Source: Planctomycetota bacterium
GTDB lineage: Bacteria > Planctomycetota > MHYJ01 > WSZJ01
Length of the DNA stretch: 64,000 nucleotides
NCBI GenBank assembly: GCA_038060895.1
Contig: JBBTCT010000020.1
Location: forward strand, 32,001 to 96,000
Direction of reading: 5' to 3'
Shown here: in pieces, positions 27,401 through 37,138 of the stretch
Numbering within the stretch: position 1 is the first letter of the stretch
How the letters are laid out: each line of letters begins with the position of its first letter
The notes under the pieces: generated by a model
What the model saw: the letters and a program-made list of their open reading frames with translations, nothing else
What the model was told of the DNA's origin: nothing
Database searches by the model: none
Position numbers and translations under genes: made by a program

Positions 27401-30400
27401 TCCCCTGGCCGTCGAGCTTGAGCTCCGTCTTCGCCGTGAAGGCGCCTCCTTTTTCGGCCACGACCGAGGGGCCCTTGGCACGCATGGCCACCGTCACATC
27501 CCGTTTCGCGCCGTCCACGCTGACGGAAGCGACAGGCGCCGCCGTCCAGTCGAGGTCCTTTTCGGCGGTGGAGCGCGCGGCAACCTTGACCTTCGTCTCG
27601 GTGCCATTCAGGACGATCGACGCTTCGGCTTCGGCCGCGGACCAGTTGGTGAGGAGGACGACGGCGGACGTCTTCTCGCCTTCGACCGCGCTGTCCGGGA
27701 ATCGAACTTCAGCGAAGACGGAGGCGCGCACTTTCACCGTGGCCTCGGCGGTTGCGATCGCGTTCCCGCCATCGATCGACCACGCCTGGAGCTCGATGTC
27801 TTCGCGCCTGCCGGGAGCCTTGAACCGGAACGTCGCGATCCCGTCGGCTCCCGCTTCCGCAGAAACCCAGACGTACGGCACGGGTTGAGCAGAGGGAGAG
27901 TGGCCTGCGCCCGACGACCCTCCGCCGCGGGCGACGAGGTTCCTCTTGCCGCCCAGGCGGCCGCCGTAGCGCCCGCCGCCGCCACCGCCGCCGGCCACCT
28001 CCTCGGCATCCTCGTTGTGGTCCTTCTCGGACTGCTTCATCTTGTCGAGGTTGTTCTCGAGCATGACGCGCCGGCTCTGGCCGCGATCCAGCTGTTCCAG
28101 CCTCGCGAGCGCGTCAAGCAGTTGCGGGTCCACCTGCTGCGTCTGCCACGTGAACGCCGTCGCCACGGAGGAGTCCGCCGCGAAATACGCCCCGGGACGC
28201 ATCGGGTTGAAAGCGCCAGTGTCGATTCCCGTCGTGATTTCCGCCGACGACAGCAGCCAGACCTCGCTGCCCGGCTTCGCCGTCACCTTCACCACGATCT
28301 CCTCGCCCGGCTTCACTTCCTTCTTCTCGGGCTCGATCTTCACTTCAGGCGCCTTCAGGGCAAAATCTCGCACGTCCGCGTGGAACTTCCCGCCCTGCAT
28401 CATCATCACCGTCACGCTGAAGTCGCGCGTCGTGGACGGCGGCGCGTTCAGCGTCACGGCGTTTTTTCCCTTCTCGAGCGTCACCGCCAGCACCTGCTCG
28501 ACCTTCTCCCCTTCGATCGTCACGAACGCCAGTCCCTTTTCGAGGCGGGACAGCACCGTCAGTTCCACCGGCTTCCCGGGCTCAAACGTGTCCGCGCCGG
28601 AAAGAAGCCGCAGCTTGCGCTCTTCCTTGTCGTCCATCACCGCCACCGCCGTCTGGAGCCTCGTCGGCATCCCGTCGGCGTCCTTCGTCGTCACCGTGAT
28701 CGTGTGCACGCCCGCGTCGTTGGCGCTCCACGCGAACTTCGCCTTGCCCTCCTTGTCGGTCGTGGCGTCGCCCTGGGCGACGGGGAAGCGCTGTCCGGCT
28801 TCGTTCGTGCGGACGACGGTCCAGCGGAACGCCGCGCTGAACGGCGTGTCGTCGGCTCTCTTCGCCGTGAAGGCGATCGTCTTGGGCTCGCCGGCGACGA
28901 CCGGCTCGGTCACGCGCGACTCGTCGTCGAACGTGATCGCCGGCGTGCGGGGAAGCACCGGCACACGCAGGACGTCCGCGGCCCCTTCCGTGCTCAGCTG
29001 TACGACCGCGAGGCCGTCGCGGAAAAAGCGGTCCGTGTCGCGGATCTGAATCGCGAGCGTCCCGTCGGCGGCCGTCATGGCGTCGCGCCACTCCAGATCC
29101 CCCGGCGCGAGAATCCGCACCCAGCGTCCGCCCAGCGGGCGGTTCCACTCGTCCCGCAGGATCGCCGTGATGTCCACGTTGTCTCCTACGAACTTCGGCG
29201 CATCGTCCGAGATGTATTCGAAATGCGGGAAGCGCCGCGCCGCGGCCGCGATCGAGACTTCCACCGCGCCGAGAAGCTTTTCCAGCGGCAGCGCCTTTTC
29301 AACGACCGACACCGTCACATTTGAGTGCAGCCCTTTCGGCATCGTGAACGCCATCGCCGCCGTCCCGAACTTCGAGAGCGCGACGGTCGCTTCGTGGAAC
29401 ACGATCCCCTGCCCGCTCACCGCGCGCAGGATGTAGTTCTTGTCCTTCGGCAGCAGGTACGCGCCGCCGTCGGCGTCGCGGACGACCAGCCGCACCTTCA
29501 CCTCGTCCCCGTCGCCGTACAACGACCGGTCCGTCAGGATCAGCACCCGCGGCTCGCGCTTCGGCGCGATCGGAAGCGCGCCCATTGCCATGTCCCGGAA
29601 CGCAAGGTGCCCGTTCGACTCGGCCAGAATCGAGAGGCTTGACGGCCGCATGTCGTCCTTCCACGTCTTCACGTGCTTCCCGTCCGCCGCCATCCGGACG
29701 TTGGCGTTCTCGACGCGTTCGCCCGTCCGCTGGTTCTGCACGACCACCGTCGCGCCGCTCCTGCCCGCGCGTGCGATCATCGCCAGGTCCGACACGATCA
29801 CGATCGTCTTCGCTTCCTGCGTGCCGATCGAGGCGGACACGACGTACGCGCCCGGGTCCTTCTTCGGGAGTTCGACGTCGAGTTTCATCTCCTTGAAGCG
29901 CCTGTAGTCCTTCACCGGCACTTCCCATTCCTTGTCCGGGGCGATCACGGCAACTTCGAGCGAATCGAGCCCGGTCGTCGCGGCGCGCTTCTCGAAGTAG
30001 TCCTTGAGATCGAGTGTCCAGAAGCGGAATTTCACGGTCTCGACGTTGCGGACCGTGAGCTTCACCGCCGGCGTCTCGGCGCCCGTGAAGACTTTCTCGC
30101 TCGAGAGCGCGAGCGACTTGTTCTGCAGCGTCTGCAGGAACTGCTGCGCCTGCCCCTGGAAGTTTCCGCCGACCTTCGGCAGTTCCTTCATCGCCGTCTC
30201 GAAGTCGTCGAGCTCGCCCGCGTACGCCTTCGCGGCCTCAAACCGCGCCTGGTGCCCTTCGTTGTATCCCTGGAACTTCGTCGCGACCCGCATCCACGTC
30301 TCGACCGCTTCCTTCCATTTCTTTTCTTCCGCAAACGTCTGCCCCACGCGGAACGCCATCGCCGCCGCGCGGCCGTCCGTCGGGTGAAGCGCCGCGAATT

Positions 30401-31625
30401 CTTCCGCCGCCGCGCGCGCCGCCGCCCAGTCCTTGCGCACGAACGCCCTGCCCGCCGCCTCGAACCTCACGTCCGCAATCGCCTGCCGCACCTCGGGCCA
30501 GCGCGGAGAATCGGGGAAGCGCTTCAGGAAGTCCTCGAACGTCGCGATCGCCTTCGCGTCGTCCATGTCCGCGCGCCAGAGCCACGCCACGCGCAGCAGC
30601 GCCTCGGGAGCGCGTTCGTCCTTTGCGTTGGCGTCTGCGAATGCCGTCAACTCCTTGCGCGCGTCGTCGCGAAGTTCTTCATATTGCGCCAGGGCGATCC
30701 CGGCCAGGTACCCCGCCTTCGGGCCCCAATCGCTCTTCGCGTAGTCCTTTGCGCAGCGCCGCAGAAGCGGCAGCGCCCGGCGCAGTTCCTCGATCGATCC
30801 CGTCTGCCCGGCCTCGTTCACATGCAGCAGCGCCGCCAGCCAGAGAGCTTCCGATGCCCGCGCCGACGCCGCGAACTCCGTCGGGATCCTCAACCACGCC
30901 GCCTTCGCGTCGAACGGCCGGCCGGTGTCGCGGAGGGCCGTGGCCTGCGCGAAGAGCGCCTCGTCGAGCTTTGCGGCCTTCGGGAACTTCTCGAAGAACT
31001 CCTTGCACGCCTTGAGAAGCTGCGCCCGGTCCATGTTCCCTTTCAGCTGGCACGTGATGACGTCGATCCGCACTCCCTCTTCGTCTGCGCCGAGCGCTTC
31101 CAGCTCCAGCGCCTTCGCCAGGAGATTCCGCGCCGCCTGGAAATTCGCGACGAACGTCGGGTCCTTCGCTTCCCTGGGATTCAGGAACTCGCGCCCGGCC
31201 TCGACGTAGATCATCGCGATCTTCCTGCGCCGCTCCGGCGCCGTTACGGCCGCGACTTGCGCGTCGTAAATCTGTCCCGCCAGCGCGAATTCTTTCCTGG
31301 CCGCCAGCACGTCTCCCTTCTTGTACAGCGCCTTCATCCGGAACCCGCTAGCCGGGTAGTCCTTCACGAGGCGGTCGAGCGAAGCGATCGCTTCGTCGTT
31401 CTTCTTCGCGTTCTGCTGCGCCGTCGCGATGAGCAGCAGGATCTCGTCCTGACCGGACTTCGCTTCGCCGAGCGCCTGCGTCAGCAGCTGTTCCGCTTTC
31501 GCGTAATCGCGATCCTTGAGCGCGGTTTCGCCCGCGGACCGCGCATCGGACGGCGGCGGGTCGGCGTTGACGAAGCAGATGGCGGCAAGCAGAACGGCGC
31601 AGAGAGCGAAGCGGCGCTGGCGCAT
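24426..31625 (-). CDS. Giant secreted TPR plus alpha-2-macroglobulin-like (MG domain) protein, ~2399 aa
   Basis: Signal peptide at ATG 31625 with GGAG RBS; N- and C-terminal TPR arrays; MG2-like ILTDRSLYGDGDEV, LSKFGTA; A2M-type alpha-helical region (TTALAALAMAE...AWLLARR). Confidence 0.88.
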   Translation of the reverse strand: MRQRRFALCAVLLAAICFVNADPPPSDARSAGETALKDRDYAKAEQLLTQALGEAKSGQDEILLLIATAQQNAKKNDEAIASLDRLVKDYPASGFRMKALYKKGDVLAARKEFALAGQIYDAQVAAVTAPERRRKIAMIYVEAGREFLNPREAKDPTFVANFQAARNLLAKALELEALGADEEGVRIDVITCQLKGNMDRAQLLKACKEFFEKFPKAAKLDEALFAQATALRDTGRPFDAKAAWLRIPTEFAASARASEALWLAALLHVNEAGQTGSIEELRRALPLLRRCAKDYAKSDWGPKAGYLAGIALAQYEELRDDARKELTAFADANAKDERAPEALLRVAWLWRADMDDAKAIATFEDFLKRFPDSPRWPEVRQAIADVRFEAAGRAFVRKDWAAARAAAEEFAALHPTDGRAAAMAFRVGQTFAEEKKWKEAVETWMRVATKFQGYNEGHQARFEAAKAYAGELDDFETAMKELPKVGGNFQGQAQQFLQTLQNKSLALSSEKVFTGAETPAVKLTVRNVETVKFRFWTLDLKDYFEKRAATTGLDSLEVAVIAPDKEWEVPVKDYRRFKEMKLDVELPKKDPGAYVVSASIGTQEAKTIVIVSDLAMIARAGRSGATVVVQNQRTGERVENANVRMAADGKHVKTWKDDMRPSSLSILAESNGHLAFRDMAMGALPIAPKREPRVLILTDRSLYGDGDEVKVRLVVRDADGGAYLLPKDKNYILRAVSGQGIVFHEATVALSKFGTAAMAFTMPKGLHSNVTVSVVEKALPLEKLLGAVEVSIAAAARRFPHFEYISDDAPKFVGDNVDITAILRDEWNRPLGGRWVRILAPGDLEWRDAMTAADGTLAIQIRDTDRFFRDGLAVVQLSTEGAADVLRVPVLPRTPAITFDDESRVTEPVVAGEPKTIAFTAKRADDTPFSAAFRWTVVRTNEAGQRFPVAQGDATTDKEGKAKFAWSANDAGVHTITVTTKDADGMPTRLQTAVAVMDDKEERKLRLLSGADTFEPGKPVELTVLSRLEKGLAFVTIEGEKVEQVLAVTLEKGKNAVTLNAPPSTTRDFSVTVMMMQGGKFHADVRDFALKAPEVKIEPEKKEVKPGEEIVVKVTAKPGSEVWLLSSAEITTGIDTGAFNPMRPGAYFAADSSVATAFTWQTQQVDPQLLDALARLEQLDRGQSRRVMLENNLDKMKQSEKDHNEDAEEVAGGGGGGGRYGGRLGGKRNLVARGGGSSGAGHSPSAQPVPYVWVSAEAGADGIATFRFKAPGRREDIELQAWSIDGGNAIATAEATVKVRASVFAEVRFPDSAVEGEKTSAVVLLTNWSAAEAEASIVLNGTETKVKVAARSTAEKDLDWTAAPVASVSVDGAKRDVTVAMRAKGPSVVAEKGGAFTAKTELKLDGQGKTRIFVATSPAALLEALAEGRDDLTRASDVATRLIARLARHRFEKTDVTKLAVMEFAALRAQGLGDAAVNDAAWPVLLYLAAAEAKAAEFDIEPDPALLKQRFAQATSDDTKALILFALSRGKHAEYGFLFRLWRGVDTLSPRALACVALAMKAAEKTDEAKSALEKLAKAAKEDHWEATSVAQADSANTTYATTALAALAMAEIDPAHALLPKSRAWLLARRPKTAFERAALALAMQTTPDKGGVTEVKVDGQSVKGFGELTATDGVVDPTGTGTFYAMASRETGVVPEPAVKVAVKRTAEWPHSIVEGKVATPVAATVKEPVENPSMSKVAAGSWFRVKYELTVTGPTTQYSIVELPRNTGLQFGRADLRVLLAPQAEAERKVEVTFLAYSDAPAAYPEIEVLAPGAAFRDGWSWTHGERTTAGAILFEKKKWKECRDMLLPLFEKGTLLDAVAASAARMLGYSAVELGENETVVKYFEVLKEKAPGEVVPFDKIRAIAKAYAAVNEHERSMQVSSGACDAYFLQEANLAGALEDLGRMKDSVAWMKTLLSDYPDSSLNREMLFGFGQRLYSKAKSHKTTAEKNDKALTREELLVESAAAFEHVLAWFPAHEENDRAMLSLCSAYLEAGKFDLADGAARLAAARFIKSRFIDTFDYTQAFALFAQKKFPEALTLCDKLETFDYGAKANPGPGVIRTQAVLMKAQIFHAKGEMDKAVENYKKVKAKSADAARSIAFLEREAISVKDVTLAPLAKAAELELEYAGVAEAHVRAYKVDLTMLALRRKNLVDASTVEVAGIKPVFEKTFKLDHPNARRREKQTFTLDLKDPGAYLVGVKAGDFFASGIILRSNLSMAVQEESDGNVRVNISDVASGGFAESVKVTIFGTDDQRIASDKTDLRGIWETAGVRGLAIVVAEKDGHVAMHRGASVIGQIEDARRKADMPAAAKKLSEQQKELLDQELKSANDEMEDNYNKNLRNRQQGVEVERMKK

Positions 31626-31831
31626 GGCGAGGTCTCCTGTGTACACCGCCCCCGGAGTGCCCGGGGGCTGTGAATAAGACGTCTTTGGCGGGCGATTGGT
31701 TCGGAAGAGTTTCAGAACCCTGAACAAGGGCCGAACAGGATACACACCCGCACGAACGGATACACCGTCGGCACGAGATCCCCGGGCAAGAGATGCTGGA
31801 TCAAGGAGGAAAAGCAATTCTCAAGCCGCGG

Positions 31832-34444
31832 TCAGACCCCGGTCGGGAGGCACAGCCGGAATCCGTAATTGCGGTAACAGGTCGTCGGGACGGTCCCCTG
31901 TCGCTCCTCGCATTTCGCCCACGTCGGCGAGTGATACCACGCACCGCCACGGATGCACCGGTAGTGACGGTAGGGCTTTTCGGGGGCGTTCCAGCACCAG
32001 GCCGACATGTTGCCACTGAGATCACGCACCCCGTACGGCGAGACGTCGGATTCGAAGGCGCCGCAGCGGGCCAGGCGGCCGCCTTCGGCGTGGGAAACAT
32101 TGGTGTTGGCGAATGTCCCGTCGTACTCGTGGCCCCAGGGGTACGTCCTCCCGTCGGTCCCACGGGCGGCCTTCTCGAATTCTTCTTCATGCAGCAGCCG
32201 GTAAAGCCGCCCGTCCCTCTTCGACTTCCAGGTCGCATACGCGACCGCGTCGAACCAGGAGACGCCCGCGACCGGAAACTCCGCGTCGCAGAGCAGACTC
32301 TCCCCCGAAACCCCCGCCGCGTAGCCGTCCCCCGACCTCTTCAGGTGGCGCGTTTCCTCCTCCCTCGGTTGCCGCCTCGCGGCCTCCTCTCCCTTGCCCT
32401 TCGCGCACAGGTCGTTCAGGAAATCGAGGTATTCGCGCACCGTGACGGGAAGCGCAGCGACGAAGAAGTCCCGGGTCCGCGCCGGGCGTTCCTTGGCGCC
32501 GCCGGAGTAAAGGAAGTCCCCGCCGGGAACGTACTGGAATCCGCCGGGAATCTCGTCCGCCCGGTAGAGCGTCACGACACACCCGGTCTCGCGACCCCGC
32601 TCGATCAGAACCGGGACCGTCGCATCCGCGAAGCCGGGCGCGCGCACCACGCACCGCCAGGAACCGGGATGAAGTTCGAGGCCGCGGACAGGACACCCTT
32701 CGAGCCGCTCCGCGCCGTCCGTGACAAGACGCTTCTGCACTTCACGGTAAGGCGCGATGCCGACCTGGGCCCCTTCCACGTCCACGAATTCGCACGCCGG
32801 TCCATGCCCGAATGACCCTCCACGCTGCGAAATCCGGGGCACCGTCACGTCGTCGTCCCGCGCCTCGCCCTCGACGGGACCGCCCTCCCGCCAGGGCACC
32901 GGCGTCTCGTCGGAAAACTCCACGTTCCACTCCCCGCCACGCACCGGCTCGAGACACCGGCACTTCAGCGCCCTCACCCGTACCGAAAGCCTCCCCGGCG
33001 CCTCCAGCTTCGCCCGGTACACCCCGTCCCGGTCGTGCCGCAGAACCGAGTCCCGCTGAAGCCGCGCTTCCGTCGCGTCCCGCCGCCGCTGCGCCGCCTC
33101 CAGCCGCTCCATGTGAAGCCCGGCCAGCGCGTTCGAAGCCGCGGCGCAGTCCGGGTCTTCGGCCAGCGCATGCTGGAACTGGCCAAGCGCCGCCGAAAAC
33201 GCGTCCAGCCGTTCCTGCTGAAGCGCCTTCACTTTTTCCTGCGCTTCCCAGAGCGGAAGCTTGCGTTCGACGGCCTCGAACGGTTTGACCGTCTCGAAGA
33301 GCGCCTCGGCGCGTCCTTCCGCTCGCGCAAGGTCGGCGTCCAGCCGCTGGAGGCGCTCCGTTTGCTGCAGGCCGCGCTCTGCGAACTGAAGCGCTGCGTT
33401 CCTGCGGCGCGCCTTTTCGGCGGCGCCTTCGAGCCAGCGGTCGATGTCGCGGCCGAGCTCGGTGGCGCTCGCGTACCGCGCTGCCGGGTCCAGGGCCAGC
33501 GCCCTCATGCAGACGGCCTCCAGGTCCGCCGGCACGGGAGGCGGCTGCGCTCCCGGCCGCCGCCCCGTGGAGCGCGGCAATCCCGGCAATCCGACGAAGG
33601 TCGAGGGGGCGCGCACCGGCTCCGACGCCGCCCGGGACAGGATCTCGGAAGTCGATTCCCCGACGCGCGGCGGTCGCCAGGCGAGGATCTCGTAGAGAAT
33701 CGCGCCGAGCGAGTACACGTCGCTGCGCTCGTCAATGTCATCGACCCGGCCGGCCGCCTGCTCGGGCGGCATGTACTCCGGCGTCCCGAACACGTCGCCG
33801 TCGAGAGTCAGGAGCGGGCCGGCCGACTCTCCACACCCGCTGCCCGCGGCCGTCTCCTTTTCATGCAGGTCTTTCGCAAGTCCCCAGTCCACGACGAGAA
33901 CCTCTCCGAACTCGCCGAGCATCACGTTCGAAGGCTTGAGGTCGCGGTGAATCACGCCCTTCGAATGCGCATACGCGACCGCCCGGCAAGCGTCACGCAA
34001 CGCCTCGACAAGCCTCCGCTGCGTCCACTCACCCGGCTTGCCGCGCCTCAGGTCTGCGATCACGTCCGCCATGTCGCGGCCCGTGATTCGTTTCATGGCG
34101 ATGAAGACTTCCCCGGTTGCCGGAAGCGCCCCGACCTCGTGCACGGGGACGATGTTCGGGTGCTCGAGGCGCCCGGTGATGCGCCCCTCGCGGTGGAACC
34201 GTTCCACGAAGTCCAGCGGTGCGCCCTCGAGCAGCAGCTTGAGCGCCACGGTGCGGCCGATCGGCGCATCCGCGGCCTCGACGACCCGGCCCAGCCCGCC
34301 GCGGCCGATTTCCTTCCCGAGGCGGTAGCGGTCCCGCTTCGACGCGCCCGTCTCCTTCCCCGCCGCGTCGCGGGTGGGCGGGTTCCGGACAGTTTTCGGA
34401 AGCGCGGTGCGCCGGGACTTTCCCTTGGATCGCTTCGAACTCAT
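31832..34444 (-). CDS. Ser/Thr protein kinase with C-terminal FGE-sulfatase domain, paralog 3
   Basis: [28 protein letters not shown]; [41 protein letters not shown]. Start placed at ATG 34444 because the longer ORF overlaps the opposite-strand gene. Confidence 0.93.
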   Translation of the reverse strand: MSSKRSKGKSRRTALPKTVRNPPTRDAAGKETGASKRDRYRLGKEIGRGGLGRVVEAADAPIGRTVALKLLLEGAPLDFVERFHREGRITGRLEHPNIVPVHEVGALPATGEVFIAMKRITGRDMADVIADLRRGKPGEWTQRRLVEALRDACRAVAYAHSKGVIHRDLKPSNVMLGEFGEVLVVDWGLAKDLHEKETAAGSGCGESAGPLLTLDGDVFGTPEYMPPEQAAGRVDDIDERSDVYSLGAILYEILAWRPPRVGESTSEILSRAASEPVRAPSTFVGLPGLPRSTGRRPGAQPPPVPADLEAVCMRALALDPAARYASATELGRDIDRWLEGAAEKARRRNAALQFAERGLQQTERLQRLDADLARAEGRAEALFETVKPFEAVERKLPLWEAQEKVKALQQERLDAFSAALGQFQHALAEDPDCAAASNALAGLHMERLEAAQRRRDATEARLQRDSVLRHDRDGVYRAKLEAPGRLSVRVRALKCRCLEPVRGGEWNVEFSDETPVPWREGGPVEGEARDDDVTVPRISQRGGSFGHGPACEFVDVEGAQVGIAPYREVQKRLVTDGAERLEGCPVRGLELHPGSWRCVVRAPGFADATVPVLIERGRETGCVVTLYRADEIPGGFQYVPGGDFLYSGGAKERPARTRDFFVAALPVTVREYLDFLNDLCAKGKGEEAARRQPREEETRHLKRSGDGYAAGVSGESLLCDAEFPVAGVSWFDAVAYATWKSKRDGRLYRLLHEEEFEKAARGTDGRTYPWGHEYDGTFANTNVSHAEGGRLARCGAFESDVSPYGVRDLSGNMSAWCWNAPEKPYRHYRCIRGGAWYHSPTWAKCEERQGTVPTTCYRNYGFRLCLPTGV

Positions 34445-34511
34445 TCGTCCCTGAGCATACCGCCGCCGGGCCGCCTTGCTCCACCGCGCACGCTCTGCCA
34501 GAATCCGCGGC

Positions 34512-35186
34512 GTGAGCAAGCCCCGTCTGCTGCTGTCGTGGAGTTCCGGCAAGGACAGCGCGTGGAGCCTGCACGTCCTGAGGAGCGCCGGCGAATTCGA
34601 AGTGGTCGGCCTCGTCACGACGATTAATGCGGCCTTCGACCGGGTGGCGATGCACGCGGTGCGGCGCGAGCTGCTGGAAGCGCAGGCGGCCGCAGCGGGT
34701 CTGCCGCTCTGGCCCGTCCCGCTGCCATGGCCGTGTTCGAACGAGCAGTACGGGAAGCAGATGGGCGCCCTGGTCGCGAAGGCGCGGGACGCCGGGATCA
34801 CCCACATGGCGTTCGGGGACCTTTTCCTCGAAGACATCCGCCGCTACCGCGAAGAGCAGCTCGCCGGAAGCGGCGTGACCCCCGTGTTCCCTCTCTGGGG
34901 CCGCCCGACGCGGCCGCTGGCCGCGGACATGATCGCGGGTGGCCTCAAGGCGGTGCTGACCTGCGTCGATCCGCGACGGCTCGACCGCCGCTTCGCAGGC
35001 AGGACATTCGACGCGGACCTTCTCGGCGAACTCCCCGCGACCGTCGACCCCTGCGGCGAGAACGGCGAGTTCCACACGTTCTGCTTCGCGGGACCGATGT
35101 TCCGCGCCCCGATCGCCGTGCGCGCAGGCGACGTCGTCGAGCGGGACGGCTTCTGCTTCGCCGATCTCCTCAAGCTGACCGATTGA
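34512..35186 (+). CDS. Dph6/ATP-pyrophosphatase (adenine nucleotide alpha-hydrolase) family protein
   Basis: PP-loop [37 protein letters not shown]. Confidence 0.92.
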   Translation: MSKPRLLLSWSSGKDSAWSLHVLRSAGEFEVVGLVTTINAAFDRVAMHAVRRELLEAQAAAAGLPLWPVPLPWPCSNEQYGKQMGALVAKARDAGITHMAFGDLFLEDIRRYREEQLAGSGVTPVFPLWGRPTRPLAADMIAGGLKAVLTCVDPRRLDRRFAGRTFDADLLGELPATVDPCGENGEFHTFCFAGPMFRAPIAVRAGDVVERDGFCFADLLKLTD

Positions 35187-35218
35187 CTTCAAGCATGGCA
35201 ATGGCAAGTCGTTCTCCC

Positions 35219-35331
35219 AGAGCGCGAAGACAATCCCGCGGGTCGGGCGGAGTCGGCCCGCAATCGAAGTGCCTCCTGAGAACTGCCCCTGGGCCGACGC
35301 AGCCTGACCCGCGGGATTGTTTTCGCGCTCT
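35219..35331. repeat. 41-bp-arm inverted repeat upstream of the ABC importer operon
   Basis: Arms 35219-35259 and 35291-35331 match at 37 of 41 positions; 31-nt spacer. Confidence 0.85.
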
Positions 35332-35382
35332 CAGCACTCCGCAATGGCCCCGCCCGGGGCTCTTCCCTAAGATGTCCGCCCC

Positions 35383-36246
35383 ATGTCCCTTCGCGTCCTC
35401 GTCGCCGTCCTTCTCGCCGCCGCGATCGCCGCCGCCATCGTGTGGCCGCGCGCCCGCGCGCGGCGCGAGCCGGTCATCCCTGCGCAGCGCGTCGTTTCGC
35501 TCGTCCCCAGCGCCACCGACATCCTCTACGACATCGGCGCCGGTGACCGAGTCATCGCCGTCACCCGCTTCTGCCGCTGGCCCCCGGAAGCGCCCACGAA
35601 GGAGATCGTCGGCGGCTTCGCGGATCTCAACATCGAGCGCATCGTGGCTCTTCGCCCCGACGCCGTCGTCGAGGTCTCCAGTTTTCCCAAGGCGCTGGAC
35701 CAGCTGCGCGGCGCGGGACTTCCCGTCCAGGAAATCCGCGTGCTGCGCCTCGCCGACGCGCTCGACCAGTACGAGATTCTCGGGCGGCTGGTCGGCCGGG
35801 AATTGGAAGCGGCCGTGGCGCGAGCGCGGCTCGAGGCAGGAATGGCGCGCGAGGCCTCGCGCTGGAAGGACGCCCCGCGCGTCCGGGTCGCTCTCGTCAC
35901 CGAACGGCTCGCGGCCAACCCGCAGGACGTCTACGTCGCGGGCGAGACGTCCTTCATCAGCGAACTCGCGGCCCGCGTCGGCGGCGACAACGTCTTCAAT
36001 GACCTCGGCAAGGACTTCGCCAAGGTCTCTCCCGAGGATTTCGTCACTCGCGCTCCCGACGTCATTCTCGAACTCAACAGCGTCGATCCTCCCTCCGACG
36101 CGGAAGCGCTCGCGGCGTGGTCGAAGCTGCCGGCGATCCCGGCGGTCAAGGCGAAGCGCGTCCGGGTGCTCTCGCAGGATTTCCTTCTGGCGCCGGGGTC
36201 GCGCATGGACCAGTCGCTGCGTGTTCTCGGGGAGGCGCTGCGATGA
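35383..36246 (+). CDS. Helical-backbone metal receptor (BtuF/siderophore-type ABC substrate-binding protein)
   Basis: RVVSLVPSATDILYDIG, NIERIVALRPD, GGDNVF, KVSPE, IPAVK. Confidence 0.9.
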   Translation: MSLRVLVAVLLAAAIAAAIVWPRARARREPVIPAQRVVSLVPSATDILYDIGAGDRVIAVTRFCRWPPEAPTKEIVGGFADLNIERIVALRPDAVVEVSSFPKALDQLRGAGLPVQEIRVLRLADALDQYEILGRLVGRELEAAVARARLEAGMAREASRWKDAPRVRVALVTERLAANPQDVYVAGETSFISELAARVGGDNVFNDLGKDFAKVSPEDFVTRAPDVILELNSVDPPSDAEALAAWSKLPAIPAVKAKRVRVLSQDFLLAPGSRMDQSLRVLGEALR

Positions 36247-36254
36247 AAGGGACG

Positions 36255-36333
36255 GCGGGCGGGCGGGCAAGCGGGCGAGCGGGCGAGCCGGCGTTGTTGC
36301 TAGCCTGCCCGCTGGCCCGCTGGCCCGCTGGCC
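36255..36333. repeat. Inverted array of 8-nt tandem repeats (intercistronic hairpin)
   Basis: (GCGGGCGA)-like units followed by three GCCCGCTG units. Confidence 0.7.
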
Positions 36334-36352
36334 ACCCAGCATCGGGTGATCT

Positions 36353-37138
36353 GTGATCCTGGAAGCGCACAACATCACGGCGGGCTATGGCTCCGATCCC
36401 GTCCTCCGCGACGTCTCGATCGGCATCGAGCCCGGGACGTTCACCGCCGTCATCGGTCCGAACGGTTCCGGCAAGACGACTCTCCTGCGCGTGCTTCTGG
36501 GTCTTCTCGTCCCGTCGTCCGGGGAAGTCTGCCTCGAGGGAAAACCCCTGGCGGGCGCTTCACGCCTGGAAGTCGCCCGGGCGGCGGCGCTCGTGGCCCA
36601 GGACGCCCCGCCCCTCTGGGATTTCACTTCGCTCGAAGCGGTGCTCCTCGGCCGCCACCCGCGCCGCGCTTCGGCCTGGTTTGACGGCGAAGAGGACATC
36701 GCCGCGGCGCGCAAGGCGCTCGCTTCTGTCGGCGCGACCGACCTCGAATCCCGCCGTGTTGCCACTCTCTCGGGCGGCCAGCAGCAGCGGGTTGCGATTG
36801 CCGCCGCTCTCGCTCAGGAGCCGCGGGCCCTCCTTCTCGACGAGCCCACCGCGAACCTCGACCTCGCGGCCCAGGTCTCGATGTACTCGCTCGTCCGCGA
36901 GCTCTGCCGCTCAAGGGGCATCGCGGCGCTCGCCGTCACGCACGACGTCACGCTCGCCGCGATGTTCAGCGACCGCGTGGCGGTGCTGGTGAAAGGCCGG
37001 ATCGTCAGGATCGGGACGCCGGCAGAAGCGCTGACGGCGGAGGCCATGACGGAAGCGTTCGGGACGCCGATCGTGGTGACGACACACCCGGTCGGCGGGT
37101 CGCCGGTCGTGCTTCCCTCTCCCGGGGTGGGCCGATGA
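36353..37138 (+). CDS. ABC transporter ATP-binding protein (FepC/BtuD type)
   Basis: GPNGSGKTT, LSGGQQQRV, LLLDEPT, THD. Confidence 0.95.
   Translation: MILEAHNITAGYGSDPVLRDVSIGIEPGTFTAVIGPNGSGKTTLLRVLLGLLVPSSGEVCLEGKPLAGASRLEVARAAALVAQDAPPLWDFTSLEAVLLGRHPRRASAWFDGEEDIAAARKALASVGATDLESRRVATLSGGQQQRVAIAAALAQEPRALLLDEPTANLDLAAQVSMYSLVRELCRSRGIAALAVTHDVTLAAMFSDRVAVLVKGRIVRIGTPAEALTAEAMTEAFGTPIVVTTHPVGGSPVVLPSPGVGR

Noticed and set aside
4690-34444. Complete diversity-generating retroelement targeting the FGE domains (a small hairpin CGGGTG-GAAG-CACCCG lies at 4702-4717 after paralog 1)
   Set aside because: No reverse transcriptase, Avd or template repeat was seen in the window, and the three 3' ends are not near-identical adenine-variant copies. 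A remote DGR cannot be excluded.
35187-35382. Cobalamin riboswitch upstream of the BtuF-like operon
   Set aside because: Fragments such as CCCGCAA and AACTGCCCC occur, but not in the conserved order, and no B12 box is evident. The region is explained by a simple long inverted repeat.
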